Shown here piece after piece: positions 13,958 through 22,790 of a DNA stretch of 32,000 bases (positions are counted from its first letter, which is position 1; the number at the start of each line of letters is the position of its first letter). The stretch is taken from the NCBI GenBank assembly GCA_043808785.1, contig JAZDEL010000003.1:1-32000 (forward strand), in the 5' to 3' direction. Position numbers and translations under genes: made by a program. Source of the stretch: Candidatus Iainarchaeum sp. Its GTDB lineage: Archaea; Iainarchaeota; Iainarchaeia; Iainarchaeales; JAZDEL01. The notes beneath the pieces were generated by a model that was given only the letters and a program-made list of their open reading frames with translations, was not told the origin of the DNA and made no database searches.

Positions 13958-16522
13958 TTAGAACTCAGCCCTTATCCCGACCCTGCTCTCCTGTTTCTCG
14001 TCCAGTTTAACCTCGAGCGCGAGAATGTTCATTGTTTTGCGTATCTCCTCCGCTGCCTGCGGGTTATCGAGAATTGCCTTTGTTTTCTTGTCCTTCGCGG
14101 TTACGGAAACTTTCTTCACTTCCGAATTAAGCGCAATGTTCCTCCGCGATTTCTCCTTTCTCGCCTCGCCTATAACCGCTGCCATCACTTTTCCAGTTTC
14201 CTCCGCCTCCGCGTTAATCCACTTTTCATCAACTGCAGGCCACTCCTCAAGGTGCACGCTTTTCATCTTCCCTTTGAAAATTTCCCTGTAAATTTCCTCC
14301 GTGATGTGCGGCATGAATGGAGCGAGCATTTTCACCGTGTCCGTGAAAGTTGTGCAGAGCACGTACTGCGCCGCCTTCTGGGAAGGGTTTTTTGCATCGT
14401 ACACGCGCCACTTCGCCTCCTCAATGTAGAAATCCGCAAATTCGAGCCAGAAGAAATTCCTTATTGCATGCATTGCCCTGCTGAATTCATACTTCTCAAG
14501 CGCGCTTGTTGCGTCGCGCTTCACGGAATTCAGCCTGCTCATAATCCACAAATCCGAGGGCATGAATTTCAGCGAAGATGTTTTTGTTTTCTTCGCGTCG
14601 AACCCCGCCACATCCGCAACCTTATTCACAAACCCCGCCGCGTTGTATATTTTCGTCATGAACTTCTGCCCCGCCACCATCTCCTTCTCCTGGAAAGGGA
14701 TGTCCTCCCCAAGCGTGCCTGCGCAGGACCAGTACCTCAAAACATCGGTGCTGTATTTGTTAATCATCTCCACAGGCTCGATAACATTCCCCGTGCTCTT
14801 GCCCATCTTCCTCCCTTTAGGGTCCAATGCATGCCCGCATATCATTATGTCTTTCCAAGGCACCTTTCCCTCGTGCATGTGTGCCTTCACGATGGTGTAA
14901 AACGCCCAGAGGTTTATGATGTCGTGCGCCTGCGGCCTCAGGCCCATGGGGAACAATTTCCTGAACCTTTTTTCATTATCCTTCCATGCGCAGGCAATTT
15001 CGGGCGTGAGGGAGGAGGTGAACCACGTGTCGAACACATCTTTTTCAGGCTCGAACTCCGCGCTTCCGCACTTGCACTTCCCCTTCGGCTTCTGCGCAAG
15101 CGGGTCCACAGGCAATTGTTCGGCATCAGCAAGCATTACCGCACCGCACTTTTTGCAGTACCAAACAGGAATCGGCACGCCGAAAAACCTCTGCCTTGAA
15201 ATGCACCAGTCCCATTTCAAACCCTTAACCCAGTGGTTGTACCTCACGCGCATGTGCCCGGGGTGCCACTTAACCTGCTCCGCGCGCGCAAGCAGTTCAT
15301 CCTTCAAATCAAGCAATTTGACAAACCACTGCCTGCTTGTGAGGATTTCAACAGGCGTCTTGCACCTCTCGTGCACGTTCAGCACGTTCCGTATTTTTTC
15401 GGTTTTTGCCAGGTGGCCTGCCTTTTGCAGCTCATCGACAATTTTCTTCCTTGCCTCGCTTACCCTCAGCCCTTTGAAAACCCCCGCCTTCCCGTTGAAA
15501 ACACCGTCCCTTCCCATTATTTCAATCACAGGGATATTGAACGCCATTATCCATTCCACGTCATCCAAATCCCCGAAAGTGCAGTGGTACACAGCGCCAG
15601 TGCCGAAATCCATAGCAACCTTGGGGTTTGCCCAAACCTTCACAGCGCGGTTCATGAAAGGAATCTCGACCTCTTTCCCCACAAGGTTCTTGTACCGCTT
15701 ATCCTCGGGGTGCACGTGTATTGCAACGCACGCAGGCATCAGCTCGGGGCGGGTTGTTGCAATTGTAACCTTTTCCTTTCCGCCCTTCACGTTAAAGGTT
15801 ATGTAGAAGAAATCCGCCTCCTGCTCCTTATCCTCGAGTTCCGCCTGCGCAATCGCGGTTTCGCAGCGCGGGCACCACATTGTGGGAGCTTCGCGCCTGT
15901 ACGCGCGCCCCTTTCCGTAAATATCCAGGAAAGAAAGCTGTGCAGCCCTGCGTGCCTTATCATCAATCGTCCTGTACACCTGCTTCCAGTCGCATGCAAG
16001 CCCGAGGGTGTAGAAATCAGAGCGCATGCCCTCTTCTACCTTCTTCGTCTCATCAAGGCAGACCTTTATGAACGCATCCCTGCCTATATCCTTCGCCCTC
16101 ACATTCCTGTTCTTCTCAACAAGCCTCTCCGTTGCTAAGCCGTTATCATCCAAGCCGAAAGGGTAAAACACATTGAAGCCGCGCATCTTCTTGTATCGCG
16201 CGATAACATCCGCCTGCGTGTAAGAGAACGCATGCCCGAGGTGCATCTTTCCCGAAACAGTTGGGGGCGGGGTATCTATTGCATAAGCCTGCCCCTGCGC
16301 CTCATCCCTGTAATTGTAAATCCCCTGCTTTTCCCAGTATGCGCGCCACTTTTTCTCCATTTCCTGCAGGTTCAGCCTGCTGCCTCCCTTTTGCCCCCCC
16401 TGTTCCGCCTGCCCCTTTCCCGCGCCTTTTTGCCCGGCGCTTCCGCTTGGCTGTGCAGCCTTTGAACCGCCCGCGTTCCCCGAACTATTCGCGCTTTTGG
16501 TTTTATTTTTTTCCGCAGCCAT
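13958..16522 (-). CDS. valS: valyl-tRNA synthetase (class I) with Gly/Gln/Lys-rich N-terminal tail
   Basis: TPPPTVSGKMHLGHAFSYT (HIGH), DWCISRQRFFGVPIPVWYC and KMGKSTGN (KMSKS). The core size of ~800 aa fits ValRS better than IleRS or LeuRS. Start is ATG 16522 or ATG 16546. Confidence 0.85.
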   Translation of the reverse strand: MAAEKNKTKSANSSGNAGGSKAAQPSGSAGQKGAGKGQAEQGGQKGGSRLNLQEMEKKWRAYWEKQGIYNYRDEAQGQAYAIDTPPPTVSGKMHLGHAFSYTQADVIARYKKMRGFNVFYPFGLDDNGLATERLVEKNRNVRAKDIGRDAFIKVCLDETKKVEEGMRSDFYTLGLACDWKQVYRTIDDKARRAAQLSFLDIYGKGRAYRREAPTMWCPRCETAIAQAELEDKEQEADFFYITFNVKGGKEKVTIATTRPELMPACVAIHVHPEDKRYKNLVGKEVEIPFMNRAVKVWANPKVAMDFGTGAVYHCTFGDLDDVEWIMAFNIPVIEIMGRDGVFNGKAGVFKGLRVSEARKKIVDELQKAGHLAKTEKIRNVLNVHERCKTPVEILTSRQWFVKLLDLKDELLARAEQVKWHPGHMRVRYNHWVKGLKWDWCISRQRFFGVPIPVWYCKKCGAVMLADAEQLPVDPLAQKPKGKCKCGSAEFEPEKDVFDTWFTSSLTPEIACAWKDNEKRFRKLFPMGLRPQAHDIINLWAFYTIVKAHMHEGKVPWKDIMICGHALDPKGRKMGKSTGNVIEPVEMINKYSTDVLRYWSCAGTLGEDIPFQEKEMVAGQKFMTKIYNAAGFVNKVADVAGFDAKKTKTSSLKFMPSDLWIMSRLNSVKRDATSALEKYEFSRAMHAIRNFFWLEFADFYIEEAKWRVYDAKNPSQKAAQYVLCTTFTDTVKMLAPFMPHITEEIYREIFKGKMKSVHLEEWPAVDEKWINAEAEETGKVMAAVIGEARKEKSRRNIALNSEVKKVSVTAKDKKTKAILDNPQAAEEIRKTMNILALEVKLDEKQESRVGIRAEF

Positions 16523-16611
16523 CCTAACCACTCGTAATGCCCGCATTAGCCCGTTTAACCAATTTTAATAGAAAAAGGTTCTTAATAGTGCTGTTGTTTG
16601 GCGTTATCCGC

Positions 16612-17163
16612 CTATTTCCGAACCCTGTAAACCCCGCCGTGCCCCGGAATTATGAAGTCTGCGGAAGAAAGGACGCGCTTCCTGCTTTCCGCGAGTTTCC
16701 GCGCATCATTAGCGTACTCATCCCTCTGCGGAAAATCCTCCTTCCAGAAAACATCCCCGCAAACAGCAACAACCCCGCGCGCGGTTTTCACGAGAAGGGT
16801 TATGCCGTCGTCGCTGTGCCCGGGGGTGTTTATTATTTCGATTCCGCTGCTGAATTTGCGTTTCCAATCCTTAACCGTATCCTTGTCCCAAACCCCCCAA
16901 AAGTCCAGCACTTTGGCATTTTGAAAAAGCCCGAGGTTCCTGTAATGGTCGGTGTGCGCGTGCGTTATGCAAACCCAGCCAACGTCGCGCACGGTCAGTT
17001 TTTCTTTTTTCAGTTTTTTCAAAAGAACCCGCGGGTTCCTCAAAGTGCCCGGGTCCACAACCATAATAACCTTGCCGTCGCGCACGAGCGTTACGGTTGA
17101 ACACGTGCGCCCTCCAGTGTCCGAGGAAACATAGCCTCTAATCAGGATTTTTACTTCCGCCAT
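16612..17163 (-). CDS. MBL-fold metallo-hydrolase
   Basis: ITHAHTDHY (HxHxDH), TPGHS, CGD and IPGHG motifs. ATG at 17163 preferred over the upstream ATG at 17181. Confidence 0.75.
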   Translation of the reverse strand: MAEVKILIRGYVSSDTGGRTCSTVTLVRDGKVIMVVDPGTLRNPRVLLKKLKKEKLTVRDVGWVCITHAHTDHYRNLGLFQNAKVLDFWGVWDKDTVKDWKRKFSSGIEIINTPGHSDDGITLLVKTARGVVAVCGDVFWKEDFPQRDEYANDARKLAESRKRVLSSADFIIPGHGGVYRVRK

Positions 17164-17197
17164 GTTTGCCACATTTTTCATTGCGTAGCGCGCGTTA

Positions 17198-17542
17198 TTA
17201 TTGCTTGTGCGATTCCATGCATCTCAGGACTGATTTTGCGATGGCATTTATCTCATCATTAGAAAGGGGCAGTTCTGCCTCGAACTCCGTGCCCTTGCGC
17301 GCCTCCTGCCCAAACCACCTGACAAAAGTGCGCACAATGTTTTCGCTTTCCTTCGCAGTGGTTTCCTTCATGCTCCCCGGCTTTTTCATTGATTTTAAAC
17401 ATGCTTCGGCAATGGTGTTGTAAAACTCCATCCTTTCAGGAGTTTTCTCCAGGGTGCCATGGAGTGCGGGATATATTTTCTTGAAGAGTTCGTGCCTCCT
17501 CTTTGCTTCAGTAGGGGACAATATCGCCCTTATCTTCGGCAT
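17198..17542 (-). CDS. hypothetical protein (114 aa) downstream of dnaJ
   Basis: The ORF starts 21 nt after the dnaJ stop. Predicted helical with no recognisable motif. Visibly more AT-rich than dnaJ. Confidence 0.45.
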   Translation of the reverse strand: MPKIRAILSPTEAKRRHELFKKIYPALHGTLEKTPERMEFYNTIAEACLKSMKKPGSMKETTAKESENIVRTFVRWFGQEARKGTEFEAELPLSNDEINAIAKSVLRCMESHKQ

Positions 17543-17563
17543 ATGCCAGATAATGGGTTGAAC

Positions 17564-18742
17564 TCATTTAAAATGCTTCCTCACCCTTTCGAAGAAGCCC
17601 TCCCTCCCCGCCTTCACAGAATCGCCAGAGGCAAGCTCCTCGAACAGCTCGCGCTGCCTCTTGCCCAAATGCTCCGGCGTCTTCAAAATAACCTTTACAT
17701 ATTCGTCCCCTTTCCCTATCCCCCCGAGCTCCTCAATCCCCTGCCCCTTTAATTTGAAAACAGTCCCTGTCTGCGTTCCCGCCGGAATTTTCACATTCGC
17801 CTTCCCGCGGATGGTAGGGACGTCAACAGTTGTTCCCAGTGCGGCCTCGGCGAAACTCAATGGCATCTCAGCGAAAATATCCGCCCCGTCCCTTTTGAAA
17901 ATTTCGTGAGGCTCCACAAAAATAATCACAAAAAGGTCGCCCACGCTTCCTCCAGCCTCCCCGAAATGACCCTCGCCCTTCAGCCTGAGATGGTTTCCCG
18001 TGTTCACGCCCGCGGGAATCTTTATTTTTATCCTGCGCCTGTTTCCGACAGCGCCCGAACCCGCGCACTTCGGGCATTTTTCCTTTGCCGTTTCCCCCCT
18101 TCCCCCGCACTTCCTGCACGTGCCCTGCGTTGCGAAAATTCCAAATGCGGTGCGCTGCTCATGCCTCTCAATGCCCGAACCGTGGCAAACAGGGCACCTT
18201 TCGACCTTTCCGCCCTTTGCCCCCGTGCCATTGCACGCCCCGCAAACTTCAGCGCGCTCTATTTCAACTTCCTTCACTGTGCCAAAAGCCGCCTCCAAAA
18301 AAGAAACCGAAAGCCTTGCAACAATATCCTGCCCTTTCGATGGGCCGCGTTTCCTCCCGCGCGCCCCCGCGCCGCGCCCCCCCATTGCGGAGAACAAATC
18401 CTCAAATCCCCTTGCGCCCCCAAAACTAAATCCGCCGAGGTTCTCAAACAGGTCGCCGAAATCGAATTCCATGTGCGAAAAGCCGGCACCCGGGCCGCCA
18501 AAGCCCGAGAAGCCGGAGAAGCGCTCGGCAGCATCCCCGAACCTGTCGTAATTCGCCCGCTTCTGCGGGTCGCCGAGCACGTGGTATGCCTCTAAAATTT
18601 CCTTGAACTTCGCCTCCGCGTTCGCCTCCCTGCTCACGTCGGGGTGGAACTTTTTCGCAAGGTTCTTGTACGCGGACTTTATCTCCGCATCGGTAGCGCT
18701 CTTCCCCACGCCGAGGGCGGCATAGTAGTCCTTCCCAGCCAA
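17564..18742 (-). CDS. dnaJ: molecular chaperone DnaJ (type I)
   Basis: J-domain (DYYAALGV...HPD), Gly/Phe-rich linker and four CxxCxGxG zinc-finger repeats. TTG start. Confidence 0.92.
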   Translation of the reverse strand: MAGKDYYAALGVGKSATDAEIKSAYKNLAKKFHPDVSREANAEAKFKEILEAYHVLGDPQKRANYDRFGDAAERFSGFSGFGGPGAGFSHMEFDFGDLFENLGGFSFGGARGFEDLFSAMGGRGAGARGRKRGPSKGQDIVARLSVSFLEAAFGTVKEVEIERAEVCGACNGTGAKGGKVERCPVCHGSGIERHEQRTAFGIFATQGTCRKCGGRGETAKEKCPKCAGSGAVGNRRRIKIKIPAGVNTGNHLRLKGEGHFGEAGGSVGDLFVIIFVEPHEIFKRDGADIFAEMPLSFAEAALGTTVDVPTIRGKANVKIPAGTQTGTVFKLKGQGIEELGGIGKGDEYVKVILKTPEHLGKRQRELFEELASGDSVKAGREGFFERVRKHFK

Positions 18743-18785
18743 GTTTCCATCCCCTGCAGGATAATCCAGTGCCTTCCGGAACCGC

Positions 18786-18998
18786 CTAGGCGAGCTTCTT
18801 TATCACGTAATCCGAGGCAATAAGGATTGCAAACCCCGCAATGAGCGAAACCATGTAACTCAGCGGCGGGTTTTCAGGGAAGAGGTAAAGGTTCTCCAGC
18901 CCGAACATGCCGCGCCAGAACGAAACCATTGCAATGCCGATTATCACCGCAAAGATAAGTTGGTGCTGGACCTGCAGTTTTGCAAAATACCTGAGCAT
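18786..18998 (-). CDS. small two-TM membrane protein between dnaK and dnaJ
   Basis: 70 aa with two hydrophobic helices. ATG preceded by GGGGGATAAGC. No recognisable family. Confidence 0.45.
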   Translation of the reverse strand: MLRYFAKLQVQHQLIFAVIIGIAMVSFWRGMFGLENLYLFPENPPLSYMVSLIAGFAILIASDYVIKKLA

Positions 18999-19090
18999 GC
19001 TTATCCCCCATATAACGGAAGGTAGGCTTTTTATTGCTTGCCCCGCACGCGTAGCTTTCCGTACCCCGGCCCGCGCAATTCGCGGCGCCC

Positions 19091-20992
19091 TTATTTGCCT
19101 TCATCCTCGACAGTGTAGTCCGCGTCTACAACCTTTCCTTTCTTTTTCCCTTTTTTGGTTTTGGGCGCTTCATCATCCGGCCCCCCGAAGCCATCGGCAT
19201 CTCCGCCCGCGCCCTGCTGCCCCTTTGCAGCATCCTGCGCCGCGCGCCGGTAGAGTTCCGTCGAGGCTTCCTGCACCGCTGCATTGACTTCCTCAAGTTT
19301 CTGCTTCACCTTTGCCGCGTCCTTCTTCTCCGGCTTGAGCAGTTCCTTGAGTTCGCTTATGCCCGCCTTTATCTTCTCCTCCTTTCCCTTCTCGAACTTG
19401 CCCTCGTTTTCCTTGAGCATTTTCTCCGTGCCGTAGACCATGGCATCGGCCTGATTTATTGTTTCAACCTCTTCGCGCCTTTTCCGGTCTTCCGATGCGT
19501 GCGCCTCCGCTTCCTTCTTCATGCGCTCTATCTCCGCATCGTTTAGTTTCTGCGAGGCGACAATCTTTATGCTCTGCTCCCTGCCCGTCCCCAGATCCTT
19601 TGCGTTCACGTTCACAATTCCGTTTGCATCGATGTCGAACGTTACCTCTATCTGCGGCACGCCCCTCGGTGCGGGAGGAATCCCGACCAACTGGAACCTT
19701 CCAAGGGTTTTATTCCCCGCAACCATCGCCCTCTCCCCCTGCAGTACATGTATATCAACCGCGGGCTGGTTGTCCGAGGCTGTCGAGAACACCTGGGATT
19801 TCTTTGTCGGAATGGTTGTATTGCGTTCAATAAGTTTCGTGAAAACCCCGCCCAAGGTTTCAATGCCGAGCGAGAGCGGAGTGACATCAAGCAAAAGAAC
19901 ATCCTTCACTTCCCCCGCAAGCACGCCTCCCTGTATTGCCGCTCCCATTGCAACGCACTCCATCGGGTCGACGCCCCTCTCTACCTGCGTCCCGACAACC
20001 TTCTCCACAAACTTCTGCACAACAGGCATCCTTGTAGGGCCGCCTACCATTATTATCTTGTCAACATTCCCCGACTTCATCTTCGCGTCAGAGAGCGCCT
20101 GCGTTATCGGCTTCTCGCACTTCTTTATTATCGGCATCACGAGTTCCTCTAATTTCGCGCGGTTGATTTTCATGACCAAATGCTTGGGTCCCGAGGAATC
20201 CGCGGTTACGTAAGGCAGGTTAATCTCAGTTTCAAGGGTTGTGCTGAGTTCAATTTTCGCCTTCTCCGCCGCCTCCCTCAGCCTCTGCATCGCCATCTTG
20301 TCCTTGTTCAGGTCCGCGCCATCGGTGCGCTTGAATTCATTCACAATGTAATCCACAAGCACCGCGTCCATATCTGTTCCGCCCAATTGCGTGTCCCCGC
20401 TCGTGGATTTGACCTCAAACACCCCTTCCCCGAATTCCATTATTGTCACATCAAGGGTTCCGCCTCCGAAGTCGAAAACAAGTATCCTGTGGTCCTTGCC
20501 TTTCTTGTCAAGGCCATATGCAAGCGAAGCAGCGGTCGGCTCGTTAATTATCCTCACCACATCCAGCCCCGCGATTTTCCCCGCGTCCTTTGTTGCCTGC
20601 CTCTGGTTGTCATCAAAATACGCGGGCACGGTGATTACCGCCTTCTCCACTCTCTCCCCTAAAAATTCCTCCGCATCCTTCTTTATCTTTTGCAGGAGGA
20701 ACGCGCTTATCTGCTGCGGCGTGTACTCCTTCCCGTGAACCTTGTACTTGTGGTTGGTTCCCATCTTGCGCTTTGCCGCGGTGATTGTGCCCTCGTGGTT
20801 GCTAACGGCCTGCCTGCGCGCAGGCTCCCCCACAAGCATCTGCCCGTCCTTTGTAAACGCAACAACGCTGGGGAACGCCTTTCCGTAAAGCGTCGCCCCC
20901 TCCGCGCTTGGTATTATTTTCGGCTTTCCCGCTTCCAGAAAAGCCGCCGCACTGTTCGAGGTGCCTAAATCTATCCCTATGATTTTCGCCAT
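19091..20992 (-). CDS. dnaK: molecular chaperone DnaK (Hsp70)
   Basis: [15 protein letters not shown]..., DLGGGTFD-like [10 protein letters not shown] and the full substrate-binding domain. The ATG at 20992 lies 9 nt after GGAGG. The 49-codon Arg/Lys-rich upstream extension in the ORF track is rejected. Confidence 0.95.
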   Translation of the reverse strand: MAKIIGIDLGTSNSAAAFLEAGKPKIIPSAEGATLYGKAFPSVVAFTKDGQMLVGEPARRQAVSNHEGTITAAKRKMGTNHKYKVHGKEYTPQQISAFLLQKIKKDAEEFLGERVEKAVITVPAYFDDNQRQATKDAGKIAGLDVVRIINEPTAASLAYGLDKKGKDHRILVFDFGGGTLDVTIMEFGEGVFEVKSTSGDTQLGGTDMDAVLVDYIVNEFKRTDGADLNKDKMAMQRLREAAEKAKIELSTTLETEINLPYVTADSSGPKHLVMKINRAKLEELVMPIIKKCEKPITQALSDAKMKSGNVDKIIMVGGPTRMPVVQKFVEKVVGTQVERGVDPMECVAMGAAIQGGVLAGEVKDVLLLDVTPLSLGIETLGGVFTKLIERNTTIPTKKSQVFSTASDNQPAVDIHVLQGERAMVAGNKTLGRFQLVGIPPAPRGVPQIEVTFDIDANGIVNVNAKDLGTGREQSIKIVASQKLNDAEIERMKKEAEAHASEDRKRREEVETINQADAMVYGTEKMLKENEGKFEKGKEEKIKAGISELKELLKPEKKDAAKVKQKLEEVNAAVQEASTELYRRAAQDAAKGQQGAGGDADGFGGPDDEAPKTKKGKKKGKVVDADYTVEDEGK

Positions 20993-21006
20993 TTTCATCA
21001 TCCTCC

Positions 21007-21036
21007 GTTCAAAAATAAATGCCCCAGTTAAGGGGC
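21007..21036 (-). terminator. hairpin GCCCC-TTAACT-GGGGC followed by ATTTATTTTT, just upstream of dnaK
   Basis: The stem is at 21021..21036 and includes the first base of the sORF TAG stop. The T-rich tract is at 21011..21020 on the minus strand. That tract could instead be the dnaK TATA box. Confidence 0.35.
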
Positions 21037-21116
21037 TATTCCTCCTCGCAGCCGCAGCATTCGCTGCAGCAGTTACTCCCCTTTTTCTCCGCTTTTTTCG
21101 CCTTTGCCTTCGCCAT
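21036..21116 (-). CDS. possible 26-aa Cys-rich small ORF between grpE and dnaK
   Basis: My own translation: [26 protein letters not shown]. The ATG at 21116 is preceded by GGAGGT with a 7-nt spacer. The TAG stop sits in a GCCCC/GGGGC hairpin. Confidence 0.3.
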   Translation of the reverse strand: MAKAKAKKAEKKGSNCCSECCGCEEE

Positions 21117-21281
21117 TTCACGACCTCCTTTTTTCCCAATGCCTGTCATGAAGCGTAATAAACCCCGCATCCCTGCTGTTCGGGATGCGCTGCCTCTTTC
21201 TTCTGCCCTTTTTTTTCTTCTCCGGATGTTTCAGGAACCATAACACGCATCGCCCCTTTTGCCCGCCTTGCCATCGCGCAT

Positions 21282-21875
21282 TCACTCCCTCTTATTCACC
21301 TTTACCTTCGCGTGCCTCAGCACCTTTCCGTTAATCAAATAACCCTTCTGTATTTCCTCAATCACGATTGCGTCACCATTTTCCTTTTCGCACGCATGCG
21401 CTATGCAATCATGCAGCGCGGGGTCGAACTTCTTCCCGAGCGCGTGCATCTCCTCTGTCCCGAACCCCTTCAGCACCCTCATGAACTGGTTCCTTATTGG
21501 TTCAATCGCCTTTTTTTCCTCCGCCCCCGAATTTTTCATTGCACTATCCATCGTGTCCGCGAGCGGCAAAAACCTCGCAACCGTTGCAGCATTGCCGTAA
21601 CCTATAATATTCACCATCTCCCTCTCCGCGCGCTTTTTGTAATTCTCGAACTCCGCCTGCAGCCTCTGGAGGGTTTCCACAAGTTCCTTTTTCTCGCGTT
21701 CCAGATGCGCGGCTTTTTCCCCACGCCCGTTTTTTTCGGCATCCTGCGGCTTTGCGGCTTTCGGAGGTGACGCATTTTTTTCAGCCGGCTTTGCGGACTT
21801 GCCGGCTTCCGCAGCTTTGCCCGCTGCCTTTTCCTCCACATCCTTCGCCTTCTCAGCCAAAAAACCACTGTCCAA
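21282..21875 (-). CDS. grpE: nucleotide exchange factor GrpE with Lys/Ala-rich N-terminal tail
   Basis: LQRLQAEFENYKKRAEREM... plus the C-terminal beta domain (GYLINGKVLRHAKVKV). The start is uncertain: TTG 21875 is the first candidate after an in-frame TGA. Confidence 0.88.
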   Translation of the reverse strand: MDSGFLAEKAKDVEEKAAGKAAEAGKSAKPAEKNASPPKAAKPQDAEKNGRGEKAAHLEREKKELVETLQRLQAEFENYKKRAEREMVNIIGYGNAATVARFLPLADTMDSAMKNSGAEEKKAIEPIRNQFMRVLKGFGTEEMHALGKKFDPALHDCIAHACEKENGDAIVIEEIQKGYLINGKVLRHAKVKVNKRE

Positions 21876-21912
21876 ATAATTTAATCATTTACATACCTCT
21901 TTGAACAACGTA

Positions 21913-21920
21913 TTTATAAA
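21913..21920. promoter_or_regulatory. palindromic TTTATAAA box between grpE and the wHTH regulator
   Basis: 23 nt upstream of the regulator ATG (21943) and 38 nt upstream of the grpE TTG (21875). It could serve both directions. Confidence 0.5.
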
Positions 21921-21942
21921 CCTTTCCAGCCAATTTTTTGCT

Positions 21943-22452
21943 ATGGCAGTGCATAAGAAAGGCGATAAAGCCCAGCATACGGGTGCGGTTGCCGTTTCCC
22001 GTGTTTCGGGCCAGGCGCCCCAGCACCAGGGAATAAGGCACACATCTTTCAAAATTGTTGTCCGCAGGGTCGAGCGGCCTTTTTCAGGGCGCGCAACTGA
22101 CGACCTTGACTGGATTTGCCAGTCTCTCGGGTTTTTCGAGCCGATTGACAAGGACAAAACCGCGAGCGCGGTTTTCAAGGAAATAGTGCAGAGCACGGAC
22201 AAGGGGGAAGCGCTTACTTCAACAGCCCTCGCACAGCGCGTAAAGATGAGCCGCGGTTCCGTTATCAACCATCTCAACAACCTTCTCCGTGCAGGCCTCA
22301 TAATAAGGCACGGGCGCTTCTATTCCGCGCGCTCCCCCTCCATGTTCCGCACAATCGAGGAAATAGAGGACGATATTGACAGGGTTTTCGAGCGCATGAA
22401 ACAGCGCGCGCGCAACATAGACAGGCAGTTCGGGATTGTGGTTAGGGAATAG
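21943..22452 (+). CDS. winged helix-turn-helix transcriptional regulator, divergent from grpE
   Basis: LTSTALAQRVKMSRGSVINHLNNLLRAGLIIRHGRFY is a typical wHTH recognition helix plus wing. ATG 21943 lies 23 nt after a TTTATAAA box, which suggests a leaderless mRNA. Confidence 0.65.
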   Translation: MAVHKKGDKAQHTGAVAVSRVSGQAPQHQGIRHTSFKIVVRRVERPFSGRATDDLDWICQSLGFFEPIDKDKTASAVFKEIVQSTDKGEALTSTALAQRVKMSRGSVINHLNNLLRAGLIIRHGRFYSARSPSMFRTIEEIEDDIDRVFERMKQRARNIDRQFGIVVRE

Positions 22453-22526
22453 GCTGTGCAACCGCCCGCAAATTCCTGCGGCTTCTAAGGGTGCCGACTG
22501 CCGCCAAAAACCCGCCCAAGCAACAT

Positions 22527-22534
22527 TTTTATAC
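22527..22534 (+). promoter_or_regulatory. TATA-like box upstream of the 77-aa membrane protein gene
   Basis: TTTTATAC lies 23 nt before ATG 22557. Confidence 0.4.
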
Positions 22535-22556
22535 TACCTAGTGCATATTGCTTTTC

Positions 22557-22790
22557 ATGCAAGCGTTCTACCAGTTATTTGCAAAGGCATCCTTCTTTTT
22601 CGCGCTCGGGGTTGTGCTGGCATCGCTCTTCATATGGTGCCTTCTGCAGGGCGGCCTTGCCCAATTTTCAGGCGACAGCACGCTTGCTTTCACATATTAC
22701 TTTATCGGCTGCCTCTCCGGAATTGCGGCATTTGCATTGTACCTGCAGGCAAAAACACTTTTCTATTACGCAAAGATATCTAATATTTAG
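22557..22790 (+). CDS. small hypothetical membrane protein (77 aa)
   Basis: Two or three hydrophobic helices. A TATA-like box at 22527..22534 lies 23 nt upstream of the ATG. Confidence 0.4.
   Translation: MQAFYQLFAKASFFFALGVVLASLFIWCLLQGGLAQFSGDSTLAFTYYFIGCLSGIAAFALYLQAKTLFYYAKISNI

Noticed and set aside
13931-16138. Long plus-strand ORFs (422, 296 and 301 aa) antisense to valS.
   Set aside because: These are shadow ORFs opposite a confidently identified class I aaRS gene. The translated sequences are Arg/Pro/His/Leu-rich with no motifs, as is typical in GC-rich coding DNA.
17906-18595. Plus-strand ORFs (229, 183 and 114 aa) antisense to dnaJ.
   Set aside because: They are Pro/Arg/Ala-rich shadow frames of the Gly/Cys-rich DnaJ region.
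20993-21139. 49-codon Arg/Lys-rich N-terminal extension of dnaK in the ORF track (TTG at 21139).
   Set aside because: The conserved Hsp70 N-terminus [14 protein letters not shown] begins at ATG 20992, which lies 9 nt after GGAGG. The extension is low complexity, runs through a hairpin and T-tract, and overlaps a better-supported sORF in another frame.
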